18,402 nt of DNA from Bdellovibrionota bacterium. Lineage in GTDB: Bacteria > Bdellovibrionota_C > UBA2361 > OMII01. The notes under the pieces are model-generated. The model did no database searches. It was not told the origin of the DNA and worked only from the letters and a program-made list of their open reading frames with translations. The stretch lies in NCBI GenBank assembly GCA_044345405.1, contig JBIJBE010000059.1:1-18402 (forward strand), in the 5' to 3' direction. Of this stretch, positions 1 to 9,249 are shown piece after piece (position 1 is the first letter of the stretch; every line of letters starts with the position of its first letter). A program made the position numbers and the translations under genes.

Positions 1-1837
1 AGCCACGAAGTGTGGGGAAGTCAGAGAGCTGCGTTGAGATAATCCCCGAGGGGCCAACCGATACCGGTATATCTTGGGTCTCCTTCAACGATTTCTCATT
101 CGACGCCACCTTAACGTCAGAGAGGAAGATCTTCGGCAGGTTCTCTGGATTGACCGTTTGATAGAAGGACCCACCACCGACCTCCGCGAGCTGCGCGAGG
201 AATCCATCATCAGCGTCGTTTCCAACAACAACGGTCGACACGGTAACGCCGAGCACGCGCATCTGTTTCACGAGGTCGAAGTAATACGGACCTGGGTCGG
301 GAAGCTTGCCGTCGGTGAGAACGATCACGTGCTTTCGTCCCGTGTTGATGCGGGCCATACCTCGGCGAGCCTCATCGAGGGCGGGAAAGAGGTTCGTTTT
401 CTTGGTTGGATAGAGGCGGCTAATTCGCTCCATTGCTGAGGCTCGAACGTTGACGTTGCCGACCGGAGAGATCGGGAGCGCGATAAAGGGCACGTCGTCG
501 AATCCGATAACGCCGATGTAGTCGTCGTCCTTGAGTGAGTTTAACACTTCCCGGGCAGCGCTCTTCGCGAACTCAAGTCGGGAGTCCATCGCCATGCTGC
601 GGGACTTATCAATGACAAGTTGCACCGCGACATTGAGCCGCTTCTTCTCCAGGTGAGGCGGAACGAGACGAACGGGAAGGAGGGTCTCAAATTGAGAACC
701 GATGTATCCGCCGAGCCCGTAACTTTTATCACCGCCGATTGTGATGAGTCCGCCACCGTTTCTCACAAACGGAGCGATAGCATCAGAGAACGGAGAGGGG
801 ATCGCGTTCGCCGCCACGTTATTTAAAATTATCGTTCGGTAGTCGTTCGGCGCCCCGAGGGCGGCCGAGGTTGTTTGAGAGGCTATCTCGCTTCGGAGTT
901 GATACGCCTGACCTCGCAGTATTTGGGAAAGGTATCGGTCATCTTCCGGGGCTCCAGAGAGAAGGAGTACCTTGTCCCTCTTTTCGCTTGAGAGCCACGT
1001 AGTCTTTGATACCGAATGAGAGCCGGTTTCGTCGTTCCATGCATAGGTTGCGACTATGGGATGGAGTCCCTCAAGGCTGGAGTCGCTCAACGCGGTAAAG
1101 GTGGCATCCTCAGATTTTGGGAGGGCGACCTGCTTTGATAGTATCTGCGCTGGTCCGTGTTTTATCGTTAACGTTCCTCGGGAGTCTGTGTCTTCCGGAT
1201 TTGAAAGGGTAACTCGAACTTCGGCGCGCTGTTGTGATTTCACTACCTGAGGCGCGAAGAGCTGAGAGATTGAGATCCCTTGGGAATCACGAGGTCCGTC
1301 GATGGTTAGTGGAAATACCCGAGGAGAAGCGCCGGTTCCGACCGCTGCAAGGGCGTGTCCTGTTGATTCGTATCCATCAGAGAGAAGGAACACGAGGGGG
1401 GAACGTCCGTGACGAGCGCTCGTGAGCGCGCTTTCGATGTTTGTGGCGATGGGATCGAGGTTTGATCCCGTAGCGCGAAGTGTCGAGTAACTTGTTGCTG
1501 ATTGAGGAGTGGTGGCCGCTGTCTTCGCAAAGGGGATTACTTTAAGAGGCGCCCCGATGTGCGCGGATAAGGAGCTGGCCTCCGATAGAAGGCGTTGTCC
1601 CTGCGCGTCGGTCATGCTTGACGAGATATCAACCAGCGCTATCGCTCCCTGTGAAGGCGCGAGGTCCGATTGGTAGGGGCGAGCAAGAGCGCCGACGATG
1701 GCTGTAATCGCAAGAAGCCGAAGTGTGGCGATAAGGAGAGATCGAGGAGTCCTTCCCTTTGGATCGCGCAACGAGAGTCCCATCGCGATAACGAAGGGGA
1801 TGAGAGCCAAGAACGCTATCGGATATTCAAAGCTCAT
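1..1837 (-). CDS. vWA domain-containing membrane protein (N-terminal TM pair, vWA, Ig-like linker, GATase1-like domain, second vWA); partial, runs off the left edge
   Basis: Not in the ORF track. My manual translation from ATG 1837 (ATGA overlap with the upstream stop) stays open to the window edge: MSFEYPIAFLALIPFVIAMGLSLR...LRLLAITAIVGALARP...LVDISSSM (DxSxS)...LLSDG...GGGLITIGGDKSYGLGGYIGSQFETLLPV...LVIDKSRSM (DxSxS)...VIVLTDG...LAQLAEVGGGSFY...FPTLRG. Confidence 0.9.
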   Translation of the reverse strand, partial: MSFEYPIAFLALIPFVIAMGLSLRDPKGRTPRSLLIATLRLLAITAIVGALARPYQSDLAPSQGAIALVDISSSMTDAQGQRLLSEASSLSAHIGAPLKVIPFAKTAATTPQSATSYSTLRATGSNLDPIATNIESALTSARHGRSPLVFLLSDGYESTGHALAAVGTGASPRVFPLTIDGPRDSQGISISQLFAPQVVKSQQRAEVRVTLSNPEDTDSRGTLTIKHGPAQILSKQVALPKSEDATFTALSDSSLEGLHPIVATYAWNDETGSHSVSKTTWLSSEKRDKVLLLSGAPEDDRYLSQILRGQAYQLRSEIASQTTSAALGAPNDYRTIILNNVAANAIPSPFSDAIAPFVRNGGGLITIGGDKSYGLGGYIGSQFETLLPVRLVPPHLEKKRLNVAVQLVIDKSRSMAMDSRLEFAKSAAREVLNSLKDDDYIGVIGFDDVPFIALPISPVGNVNVRASAMERISRLYPTKKTNLFPALDEARRGMARINTGRKHVIVLTDGKLPDPGPYYFDLVKQMRVLGVTVSTVVVGNDADDGFLAQLAEVGGGSFYQTVNPENLPKIFLSDVKVASNEKSLKETQDIPVSVGPSGIISTQLSDFPTLRG

Positions 1838-3672
1838 GCGTCACCCCAACGGACACGGCGAAGGATTCGTCGAGTGAGGTCGGCTCCGATCACGAGGAGC
1901 GCTACGAGCGCCAACACCGATAGGAGCGAGCGAGAAGTGGTCGGACTCGATGTCGTGGAGACTCGGGGGGCTGGTGCCGGCAGCGAGAGGGCGGAGCGTC
2001 TTGAGAGGTCGGACTCCTGCTCCTCGAAGGAGTTAAGCGCAAGATACCGCTCGGTGCCATCTTCATCTTGAAGCTCGATAATACCGGGAGCTGGTGGCGC
2101 GATGCTCGATCCTTCAAGGGTTAGTTTAAGATTTTCTGGATGAATGTACCCAGCTTCGACAATAGATTCCGGAAGCGGGAGACGCATCGGGAGTTCCCCG
2201 GCGGTTGTAGTGCCTGATCTTTGAAAGAGCCACTTGAAGGCGTTTAAGGTGAAGATGCTGATCGTTGGATTTCGTGAGCCTTCGAAGGGGAAGAGTTCAA
2301 ATCCGGTTATGAGGTACCGAGCCCCCTTCTCCTCTCCGGCGCACGCGATAGGGCCGCCGGCTGAAAATAGGATCGGTGTTGCTGAGGGGGGACATTCTAA
2401 CGGGCGCGCCTCAGGAAACGATACGAGCGATGGATTCACATACTGAAGAACGGGATGAGAGGCGTCCCATCGAGTGACCTCTCGACCCTGCGCCCCTTGC
2501 GTCTCGACAGTTCCTCCCCACGGCAGTGCGCCAACTGGCGGAAAGACGACGAGGGATGATGTCGTTGGAACGGTTTGTGGCGCCGTTCGGTGGTAGATAG
2601 TTGGCAGCTTCTGAGTGGAATCTTTTTGTGTCTCCGTTAAGACCGTAATGGTTTTCACCTTGGTGAGCCCGAGCTGCTCCGCGGAGAGTGAGCTCACAAG
2701 ATTCACGGAAGGCTCTGTTGGTTCATGGGCAATCCATCCCTCATTGTCGAGGGGAAGCGCGTCAAAGAGAGATGAATCTTGAAGTTTGATATGCACTCGG
2801 CAATAGCTCCAATTCGTGCGTGAGGGCGTAAGGGTCGCTGTCGTTGCTGCATGGGGAGCTAAGCGAAGTGTTTGTGCGGGTAGTTTCGCTGAGGATGCGG
2901 AAGGTCCGTCGAAGCACTCACCATTAAGAACGGCGTCCTTTGGAGACGCTCCTCCGTATCCGACCTTTACCGTGAGCGCACCACTGCTCTCGACGTGAAT
3001 CCCTTGTATCCAAGCGTTTGTTGAGGTGGATGGCTCGAGAGGGAGCTGATTCACAACGAGTCGTTGAGAGGGTTGATAGTTTTGAAGCTCCCGGTCCGTG
3101 TACACCCACACCGCGTCGTACTGTGTGTCTCCGATAAGGGCGGTGAGGTGCTGCTGCAGGGCGTCAGCACGGTACGATTGTTGAGCGCCTTGTATCGTGG
3201 TGAGAGCCTCCGTTGCAGACTCATGAGGTTGCGAGAGTGGCGTGAGGTCCTTGGCAGAGGAGAAGATTGTATAGGTGGTAGAGCTTGGAGCGCGTTGAAT
3301 ATCGAGCGTCGCAATACGTTTTGCTTGATCAAGGCGGGTACCGCCGGAGCCGTAGAGCGCTCCCATACTGAGTGAAGAGTCAACGACGACAGCGACATGC
3401 TTTCCTGAGCGAGCGAGGTAGAGACCAGAGACGGAGAGGAGAAGAAGGGTAAGGATCGCGAGCTCAAGCCAAAACTGCAGTGGGGGCACGAACGTTTTGC
3501 GCCCCACGGGTCGGCGAGGGAGCTCTTTCAAAAAGAGCAGCGAGGACACGACCGCTTGGTGCGCGGTTCCTCGCACGCGAAAGATATATACGAGAAATCC
3601 CACCGCACATGGAATTCCCAGGAGGAGCCAGGGGGACGCTGCCGCTATGGTCGTGCCGAAGATGGAGATCAT
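1834..3672 (-). CDS. BatA-type N-terminal domain plus vWA membrane protein with a C-terminal TM anchor
   Basis: 612-aa ORF. N-terminus SPWLLLG...VSSLLFL...LQFWLELAILTLLLLSVSG is BatA-like; VVVDSSLSM is a MIDAS motif; LNSFEEQESDL precedes a C-terminal TM and a basic tail (RRILRRVR). ATGA overlaps at both ends. Confidence 0.85.
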   Translation of the reverse strand: MISIFGTTIAAASPWLLLGIPCAVGFLVYIFRVRGTAHQAVVSSLLFLKELPRRPVGRKTFVPPLQFWLELAILTLLLLSVSGLYLARSGKHVAVVVDSSLSMGALYGSGGTRLDQAKRIATLDIQRAPSSTTYTIFSSAKDLTPLSQPHESATEALTTIQGAQQSYRADALQQHLTALIGDTQYDAVWVYTDRELQNYQPSQRLVVNQLPLEPSTSTNAWIQGIHVESSGALTVKVGYGGASPKDAVLNGECFDGPSASSAKLPAQTLRLAPHAATTATLTPSRTNWSYCRVHIKLQDSSLFDALPLDNEGWIAHEPTEPSVNLVSSLSAEQLGLTKVKTITVLTETQKDSTQKLPTIYHRTAPQTVPTTSSLVVFPPVGALPWGGTVETQGAQGREVTRWDASHPVLQYVNPSLVSFPEARPLECPPSATPILFSAGGPIACAGEEKGARYLITGFELFPFEGSRNPTISIFTLNAFKWLFQRSGTTTAGELPMRLPLPESIVEAGYIHPENLKLTLEGSSIAPPAPGIIELQDEDGTERYLALNSFEEQESDLSRRSALSLPAPAPRVSTTSSPTTSRSLLSVLALVALLVIGADLTRRILRRVRWGDA

Positions 3673-4559
3673 ATGAAGAGCCCCATTTCTGTTAAGATAG
3701 AGATGGAGTTCTCAGCGAGGGGTTCACGAGCGACCGCTTGAACGAAGTGTATCTGAGCGCTGAGGCAGTGTTGGCGTATCGCCGCGGTGTGATCGGTGAG
3801 CTTCTTCGCGTACTGTTCGCGCGCTGATGGATCGAGGGAGAGTCCGATCTCCTCCCCCGTTTCGCTATCGACAAGGGTACTGCCACTACTTGCTGGGTCG
3901 GGATCGATATCTTGCGCTCCAAGCATCTGCACCGCGTGTATCTCCATGTTTCTCGAGCGAAACGAAGAGAGCATGGTGACGACCTCCTCAAGCGGGTAGA
4001 GAAAATCTGAGATGACGACGCAGATGCCGGGGAACCTCACTCGGGTTGCGGCGATTCGAGCTGCTTCGACGATATCTATCTTTGCTGGAGCGCCTTCGAT
4101 GAGTTGCTTCCCTTCAGAATCAAGAAACGCGCCAAGGGGAGCGAACGATCGAGGCCCCCAAAATTGCGGGCTCTGATGTCCTCCGAGTACCGACACCGTT
4201 ACAGGGTCGTGACTCGCAAGCGCGATGTATGAGGCGCAGGTTGTGAGGTGCGCCGCGGCGTGCCATTTCATTTGCAGCGCCGGATGGGTGAGGGAGCGTG
4301 ATCCATCGATAACCATGAAGACGCTCACCGTCTCCTCTTCAAGATACCGCTTTACGTAGATCTTGTCGCTTCGCGCGTAGAGGTTCCAATCGATATAGCG
4401 GGGATTATCTCCGAGTTCGTACGAGCGGTACTCAGCGAACTCAACACCGTGTCCACGACGTTGGGAGCGGTGCGTTCCTTGGCGCGCGCCATAGAAGGAC
4501 CGCCGCGTACGGAGCGCGAAGGTGTCGAGGAGTCGCAAGGTGCGCGCGTCTAATGCCAT
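3669..4559 (-). CDS. DUF58 family protein (MoxR-associated, vWA-like)
   Basis: 296 aa with GTHRSQRRGHGVEFAEYRSYELGDNPRYIDWNLYARSDKIYVKRY, IDGSRS, ISDFL and LVDSETG motifs; directly downstream of moxR. Confidence 0.93.
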   Translation of the reverse strand: MALDARTLRLLDTFALRTRRSFYGARQGTHRSQRRGHGVEFAEYRSYELGDNPRYIDWNLYARSDKIYVKRYLEEETVSVFMVIDGSRSLTHPALQMKWHAAAHLTTCASYIALASHDPVTVSVLGGHQSPQFWGPRSFAPLGAFLDSEGKQLIEGAPAKIDIVEAARIAATRVRFPGICVVISDFLYPLEEVVTMLSSFRSRNMEIHAVQMLGAQDIDPDPASSGSTLVDSETGEEIGLSLDPSAREQYAKKLTDHTAAIRQHCLSAQIHFVQAVAREPLAENSISILTEMGLFI

Positions 4560-4578
4560 GAGGGGTCCCTACCCTACT

Positions 4579-5592
4579 CTACTTAGCCGAACGAACCTCC
4601 TCGATAAGATCGTCAGAGGTCACGCCATCGGCCTCCGCTTGGAAATTAAGGATGAGTCGGTGTCGCAGGGTTGCTGTGATTGCGTTTTGAATGTCCTCGA
4701 ACGCGAGGTTAATTCGCTTATCAAGGAGTGCAGCGACCTTCGCGCTCATCACGAGCGATTGCGCGCCACGTGGTCCTGGTCCGAAGCGGATGTATCGCTT
4801 GGCGTTCGGTGTGGCGAACGGGGAGTTCGGTGTGAGTGCGGCGATGAGGCGAACGATCACCTCTTGAATCGGATCGGATACGACAACGTGCCGCACGAGG
4901 CTCTGCATCGCTTCGAGCCGCCGAGGCGCCTCCGTCTCTGAGAAGAGCGGTTTGATAGGCGCTGTTACGGTTCCGGTTGTGCGAGAAAGAATCTCTTTTA
5001 ATTCGGCTGAAGATGGTGAGGGAACGAGTATCTTTACGAGGAATCGATCGAGCTGCGCCTCAGGGAGTGGATACGTTCCCTCAACCTCGATTGGGTTTTG
5101 CGTCGCGAGTACAAAGAACGGTTGTGGCAACTTGTAGGTCTGATTGAGTACGGTGACCTGTCGCTCCTCCATCGCCTCAAGGAGCGCGGATTGTGTCTTT
5201 GGAGTGGCGCGATTTATTTCATCCGCAAGGACGATGTTCGCGAAGATCGGACCCTCTTTAAACACGAAGCGTCGCCCCTCGCCTGGCTCCTCGGTAAGAA
5301 CCTGCGTGCCGGTGATATCCGATGGCATGAGGTCCGGGGTGAATTGGACACGTTTAAAACTTAAACCGAGCGTCGTTGAGATAGCTTTGACAAGGGATGT
5401 CTTTCCAAGACCGGGAGCGCCCTCAAGAAGAACGTGCCCCCGAGCGCAGATGGCGGAAAGGGTGCTTCGCACAACGCCCTGCATACCGACGATAACCTTA
5501 CCCACCTCTCGCTCGAGTTCAGTGAAGGTATTTTGAAAGTCGTTGACGGCTTGGGTGAGTGAAGCGGTATCGCGAAGGTCGAGGTTATCCAT
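4579..5592 (-). CDS. moxR: MoxR family AAA+ ATPase
   Basis: 337 aa: HVLLEGAPGLGKT (Walker A), RVQFTPDLMPSDITG, LADEINRATPKTQSALLEAM (Walker B), ATQNPIEVEGTYPLPEAQLDRF, LRHR. Confidence 0.96.
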   Translation of the reverse strand: MDNLDLRDTASLTQAVNDFQNTFTELEREVGKVIVGMQGVVRSTLSAICARGHVLLEGAPGLGKTSLVKAISTTLGLSFKRVQFTPDLMPSDITGTQVLTEEPGEGRRFVFKEGPIFANIVLADEINRATPKTQSALLEAMEERQVTVLNQTYKLPQPFFVLATQNPIEVEGTYPLPEAQLDRFLVKILVPSPSSAELKEILSRTTGTVTAPIKPLFSETEAPRRLEAMQSLVRHVVVSDPIQEVIVRLIAALTPNSPFATPNAKRYIRFGPGPRGAQSLVMSAKVAALLDKRINLAFEDIQNAITATLRHRLILNFQAEADGVTSDDLIEEVRSAK

Positions 5593-5634
5593 AGGGCTAC
5601 AGTTTCCTTTCTTTTCGGCGGTGTCGCAACGGAA

Positions 5635-7734
5635 CTATTCCATGATCTCTTTGTATTCAAGGGGGATAGGTTGTCGTCCCTTGTGCGTTGAGCCTTGAGG
5701 CTTGGCGAGGAGTACATCATCGAGGGAGGTCTTCGCCTGTGCGGGTAATTTATTCTCTTCAAGGGTTGTGTCAGCACCGGTAAAACGGGAGTCGAGCGCT
5801 TCGTCCTTCCCCTCTACCTTTGATTCCTCGCCAGTGAGAGGGATGTTTGGCATATCGCCGCCAGGGCCGTTTTCGGGCGGCTCGTCGTTGACTGCTTGAG
5901 CTGAGCGATCAGGCATCGCGGAGCGGTCCCCTACCCCATCTGATTGCCCGTCCTTAGAGTCGCGCTTCTCGGCAGGCTTCTGTTGTTGCTCCTGCTTTTT
6001 GGCGCTTCCCGAGTTTCCTGCGTCGCCCTCCTCTTTGGCCTCCTTCTCAGATTTTTTGTCGGCGGAGTTTTTTTCAGGAGTGCCCTTTTCACCGTCGCCC
6101 TGCTTACCTTGAGAATCGCTCTTTTTGTCCTGTTTCTCCTTTGAGTCACCGGCGCCCTGTTGTTGACCTTTGGGCTTGTCGCCTTGTTCACTCTTGTTCT
6201 GAGTCTCTTTTCCTTTCGAGTCTTTTCCCTCACCGTTTTTCTTTTGAGCATCCTTACCCTGAGACTCTTTACCTGATTCGCTCTCTTTATCGCCCTGACC
6301 CTTGCCCTCTTGACCTTCCTTCCCCTCTTGCTCTCCCTTCTCCTGCTCTTGTTGTTCCTGCTGAATAGCTTGCTCCGCTTGGGCTACGGCATCTTTGAGC
6401 TGTTCGAGACCGGCTGCGCCCGGGGTGTTTCCTTGTTGCTGACCTTCTTGGGCTTCGCCTGATTGGGGTTGTCCCTGCGCGCCGCTCTTTGAACCTTGTG
6501 AATTCCCCTCTCCGGTCCCCTGTCCGTCTTTTGCGTCACCAGATGAGCCTTGCGAGTTTTGGTTCTTCTCTTTGTTCTCGCCCTGATTGCCAGCGCCTGA
6601 GCCGCTCGCGCCCTCTCCTTGGCCTGAGCCCTCACCGTCCCCGTCTTCGGATTTGTTCGACTGGCCGCTCTTGGATTTGCCGTCCTTCTTAGAGTCCTGC
6701 TCTTGTTTGGATTGTCCCTCTTGTTCCTGATTTTGGGCTCCCTCCTCCGACGCGCCAGCTTCAGATTTTTCTTGAGAGTCCTTGGATGGCTGCTTTTCTT
6801 TCTGTTGCTGCTCTTCGTTGTTTTGTTGGTCGGAAGTTTTGTTCTCCTCCTCCTTCTTATTTTCTTCGGAGGGGTCCTTCGGCGATTGCTGTTGCTCCTT
6901 TTGCGTCTCTTTTTGTTTCTCTTGCTCCTGTTTCCTCTGTTTCTGCTGCGTGTCGAGCTCCTTCTCCTCTTTGCGAGGTTCAGGCTGGGATGGCGCTTCC
7001 TTTTGAGTTTGGTGCTGCTGGTCTGATTGTTGGATGGTGCGTTCGTCCTTCTGAGGCTTCACGCTCGCTGAGAGCGCTTTGGTAATCTCACTTTGAGTTT
7101 TTTGTAGTGATTCTTGAGCGGCCGCGAGGTCTGAGGCGCCGAGATTTTGAATGCTCTCTTGGGCCGCAATCTTAACCTGCTCGGGGAGTTCAGGATGGGC
7201 GTCGACGATCGCCTGTAGGGTAGCTGCCGCCTGGTCAAGTGGGGTAACGGGACGAATCAAGAGAAGTGTCGCCGCAATGATAATCGCAGCGAGCGTTGCG
7301 GTGACTGCCCATCGCTGAGGTTTTGTAAGACGAATTTCCAGGAGATTTTGAGGTGTGCAGTGCGGAGGGATGTATTCACGAATCTGCGTGGCGATGAATT
7401 CGCTTCGGATTAGGTCGGGCGCGGCTGATGATTCGGAGATGAGCGTGAAGGTGCGAATTCGTTCCTTTGTCTTGAGCACTTCGTCGAGGATCTCGGATGC
7501 TTCATCCTTGGTAACGTGGACCGATTCGTACTCTGAGCGTGAAATAAAGATAGCCGCGACCGCAAGGGGCGGAACCCACGCGAGAATAAGCCACGCAGGG
7601 TAGTGTTGCAGGAGTACCCAGGGAACAGCGAGAAACGAAACGCAAAGAGCCGCGTTGATAGCGAGAGCGGTGCGACGACGTCGTTCCTCTCGTACACGAA
7701 CCGCCTCGATAAGGGAGTGAAGCTCCTTGCCCAT
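5635..7734 (-). CDS. Hypothetical membrane-anchored protein with three N-terminal TM segments, a long Q/E/K/G/S low-complexity tail and a short C-terminal IPLEYK motif
   Basis: 699-aa ORF that fills the gap between mltG (12 nt) and moxR (42 nt). Hydrophobic segments at about aa 23-42, 46-64 and 142-160; strongly biased composition after that. Confidence 0.85.
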   Translation of the reverse strand: MGKELHSLIEAVRVREERRRRTALAINAALCVSFLAVPWVLLQHYPAWLILAWVPPLAVAAIFISRSEYESVHVTKDEASEILDEVLKTKERIRTFTLISESSAAPDLIRSEFIATQIREYIPPHCTPQNLLEIRLTKPQRWAVTATLAAIIIAATLLLIRPVTPLDQAAATLQAIVDAHPELPEQVKIAAQESIQNLGASDLAAAQESLQKTQSEITKALSASVKPQKDERTIQQSDQQHQTQKEAPSQPEPRKEEKELDTQQKQRKQEQEKQKETQKEQQQSPKDPSEENKKEEENKTSDQQNNEEQQQKEKQPSKDSQEKSEAGASEEGAQNQEQEGQSKQEQDSKKDGKSKSGQSNKSEDGDGEGSGQGEGASGSGAGNQGENKEKNQNSQGSSGDAKDGQGTGEGNSQGSKSGAQGQPQSGEAQEGQQQGNTPGAAGLEQLKDAVAQAEQAIQQEQQEQEKGEQEGKEGQEGKGQGDKESESGKESQGKDAQKKNGEGKDSKGKETQNKSEQGDKPKGQQQGAGDSKEKQDKKSDSQGKQGDGEKGTPEKNSADKKSEKEAKEEGDAGNSGSAKKQEQQQKPAEKRDSKDGQSDGVGDRSAMPDRSAQAVNDEPPENGPGGDMPNIPLTGEESKVEGKDEALDSRFTGADTTLEENKLPAQAKTSLDDVLLAKPQGSTHKGRQPIPLEYKEIME

Positions 7735-7746
7735 TATAGTTTGGCC

Positions 7747-8826
7747 CTATGATTGTGGGCCCGGTGACGTGGGCGGTTGAGGAGCAGGTGTTGTCGTACC
7801 GGCTGCGACAGGCTCGTAGGTTCCTATTCCCCGCTGAAATACATTCACCGCCTGATTATGCTGGTCCAGGTTTTCGGAGAAGATGTGCTTCCCTTTTCCG
7901 TTGCCTACAAAATAGAAGTAGTTGGTTTCCGCGGGATAGAGCGCAGCTTTTATCGCGGTGAATCCCGGGTTCGCTATCGGTCCCGGTGGAAGTCCTGAGA
8001 TGACGTACGTGTTGTATGGGGTTGGGGTTTGGAGGTCCGCTTTCGTGATGTTGCCGTTAAAGTTAGCAATTCCGTAGATCACCGTTGGGTCTGATTGAAG
8101 ACGCATACCCTTCTTTAATCGGTTGTGAAACACGGAGGCTACGAGAGGTTGCTCTTCGGCGTTGCCCGATTCCTTCTCTATGATCGAAGCGAGGGTCAGG
8201 ATCTGATGTTTCGTCATCTGAAGCTCAAGCAGGCGGAGATTCCACTCCTCCGGCCACTTCGAATCGAGCTGAGCGCGAAGGGTCTGGATAACCTTTCGTG
8301 GGGGCGTGTTGCGTTGAATGCGATACGTTTCGGGAAAGAGATATCCCTCGAAGGTAGCACCGGGAACTTTAAGTTCTTCTCGAAGTTTCGGATCGTTTAA
8401 CGCCTGCTCGAAGAGAGCTCGTTGTGTGATGCCCGCCTCTTCGAGGATTGGACCTATCTCGCGCACGGTTAGGCCCTCTTTAAGGGTTATCTTACGAAGG
8501 ATCATGCGCCCCTCAACCATGGAGTCGAGGATCTGTTGAGGGCTCATCGCCGGAGAGAACTCGTACTCCCCCGCCATAACGAGGGTGTCCTTCTTTTGAA
8601 GCTTGGCGAGGAGGCGAATCGCGTAGCGGTGCTTGATGTAGTTGTTAACCTCAAGGTCAGCGGCTACCTCGCGGAAATTTTTGTCCGGAGCCACCACAAA
8701 GATTGAGGGTGTTGAAACGGTAGGATCGAGGGGTGCAAGGAAGTAGTGCTCCGCCGCCTTGAAACTTGCGAATGCGGCAGCTATCGGAATCGCTAGGTAC
8801 ATCGCAATGATAGCCAACTTTCGCAT
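7747..8826 (-). CDS. mltG: Endolytic murein transglycosylase MltG (YceG family)
   Basis: N-terminal TM; EGYLFPETY; LASIIEKE (catalytic Glu region); LQSDPTVIYG; YNTYVISGLPPGPIANPG. Confidence 0.95.
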   Translation of the reverse strand: MRKLAIIAMYLAIPIAAAFASFKAAEHYFLAPLDPTVSTPSIFVVAPDKNFREVAADLEVNNYIKHRYAIRLLAKLQKKDTLVMAGEYEFSPAMSPQQILDSMVEGRMILRKITLKEGLTVREIGPILEEAGITQRALFEQALNDPKLREELKVPGATFEGYLFPETYRIQRNTPPRKVIQTLRAQLDSKWPEEWNLRLLELQMTKHQILTLASIIEKESGNAEEQPLVASVFHNRLKKGMRLQSDPTVIYGIANFNGNITKADLQTPTPYNTYVISGLPPGPIANPGFTAIKAALYPAETNYFYFVGNGKGKHIFSENLDQHNQAVNVFQRGIGTYEPVAAGTTTPAPQPPTSPGPQS

Positions 8827-8853
8827 AGGGGGAGCTTTTAAAAACGCGCTATT

Positions 8854-9249
8854 TCAAGGGTTTAGATCGAAGTGCCGTTGCAGAATAAGACAGGCCGCAG
8901 CGGCATCCACCCGGTGAGCTGTGCTCGCTGCTTGCGACAACTTTTCAGACGCCTCAACGGAGGAGAATGCTTCATCTATATATACAATCTTGATGGGGGT
9001 GCGTTTGGCAAGACGACGAACGAAGGCTTCGATGTTTTCACAGATATCGGTTCGGTTTCCATCCTCATCCAGGGGCAGGCCAACGACCAGAAGGGTGCCT
9101 TTTCGCTCCTCGATAAGTTTAAGGATGTTCTTCTCGGCTTCGTATTGAGCTCGGGGCCAAATAGCCACCGGGAATGGGATACGAACGGTGGGATCGGCCG
9201 TCGCTACACCCACTCGAACCGTTCCTACGTCCACGCCGATTATCGTCAT
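8854..9249 (-). CDS. ruvX: RuvX/YqgF family nuclease (putative pre-16S rRNA processing)
   Basis: MTIIGVDVGTVRVGVA, VVGLP, IDEAFSS and VDAAAACLIL motifs. Start moved to ATG 9249 (131 aa) instead of the track's TTG 9321. ruvX-mltG adjacency is common. Confidence 0.92.
   Translation of the reverse strand: MTIIGVDVGTVRVGVATADPTVRIPFPVAIWPRAQYEAEKNILKLIEERKGTLLVVGLPLDEDGNRTDICENIEAFVRRLAKRTPIKIVYIDEAFSSVEASEKLSQAASTAHRVDAAAACLILQRHFDLNP

Noticed and set aside
74-1530. Short ORFs on both strands (74..439, 541..756, 620..826, 1056..1250, 1234..1425, 1306..1530)
   Set aside because: All are shadows of the long minus-strand vWA gene that starts at 1837.
5931-7085. Leu/Phe/Ser/Cys-rich plus-strand ORFs (e.g. 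6703..7026) that look like membrane proteins
   Set aside because: Antisense artefacts of the purine-rich Q/E/K codons of the 699-aa gene.
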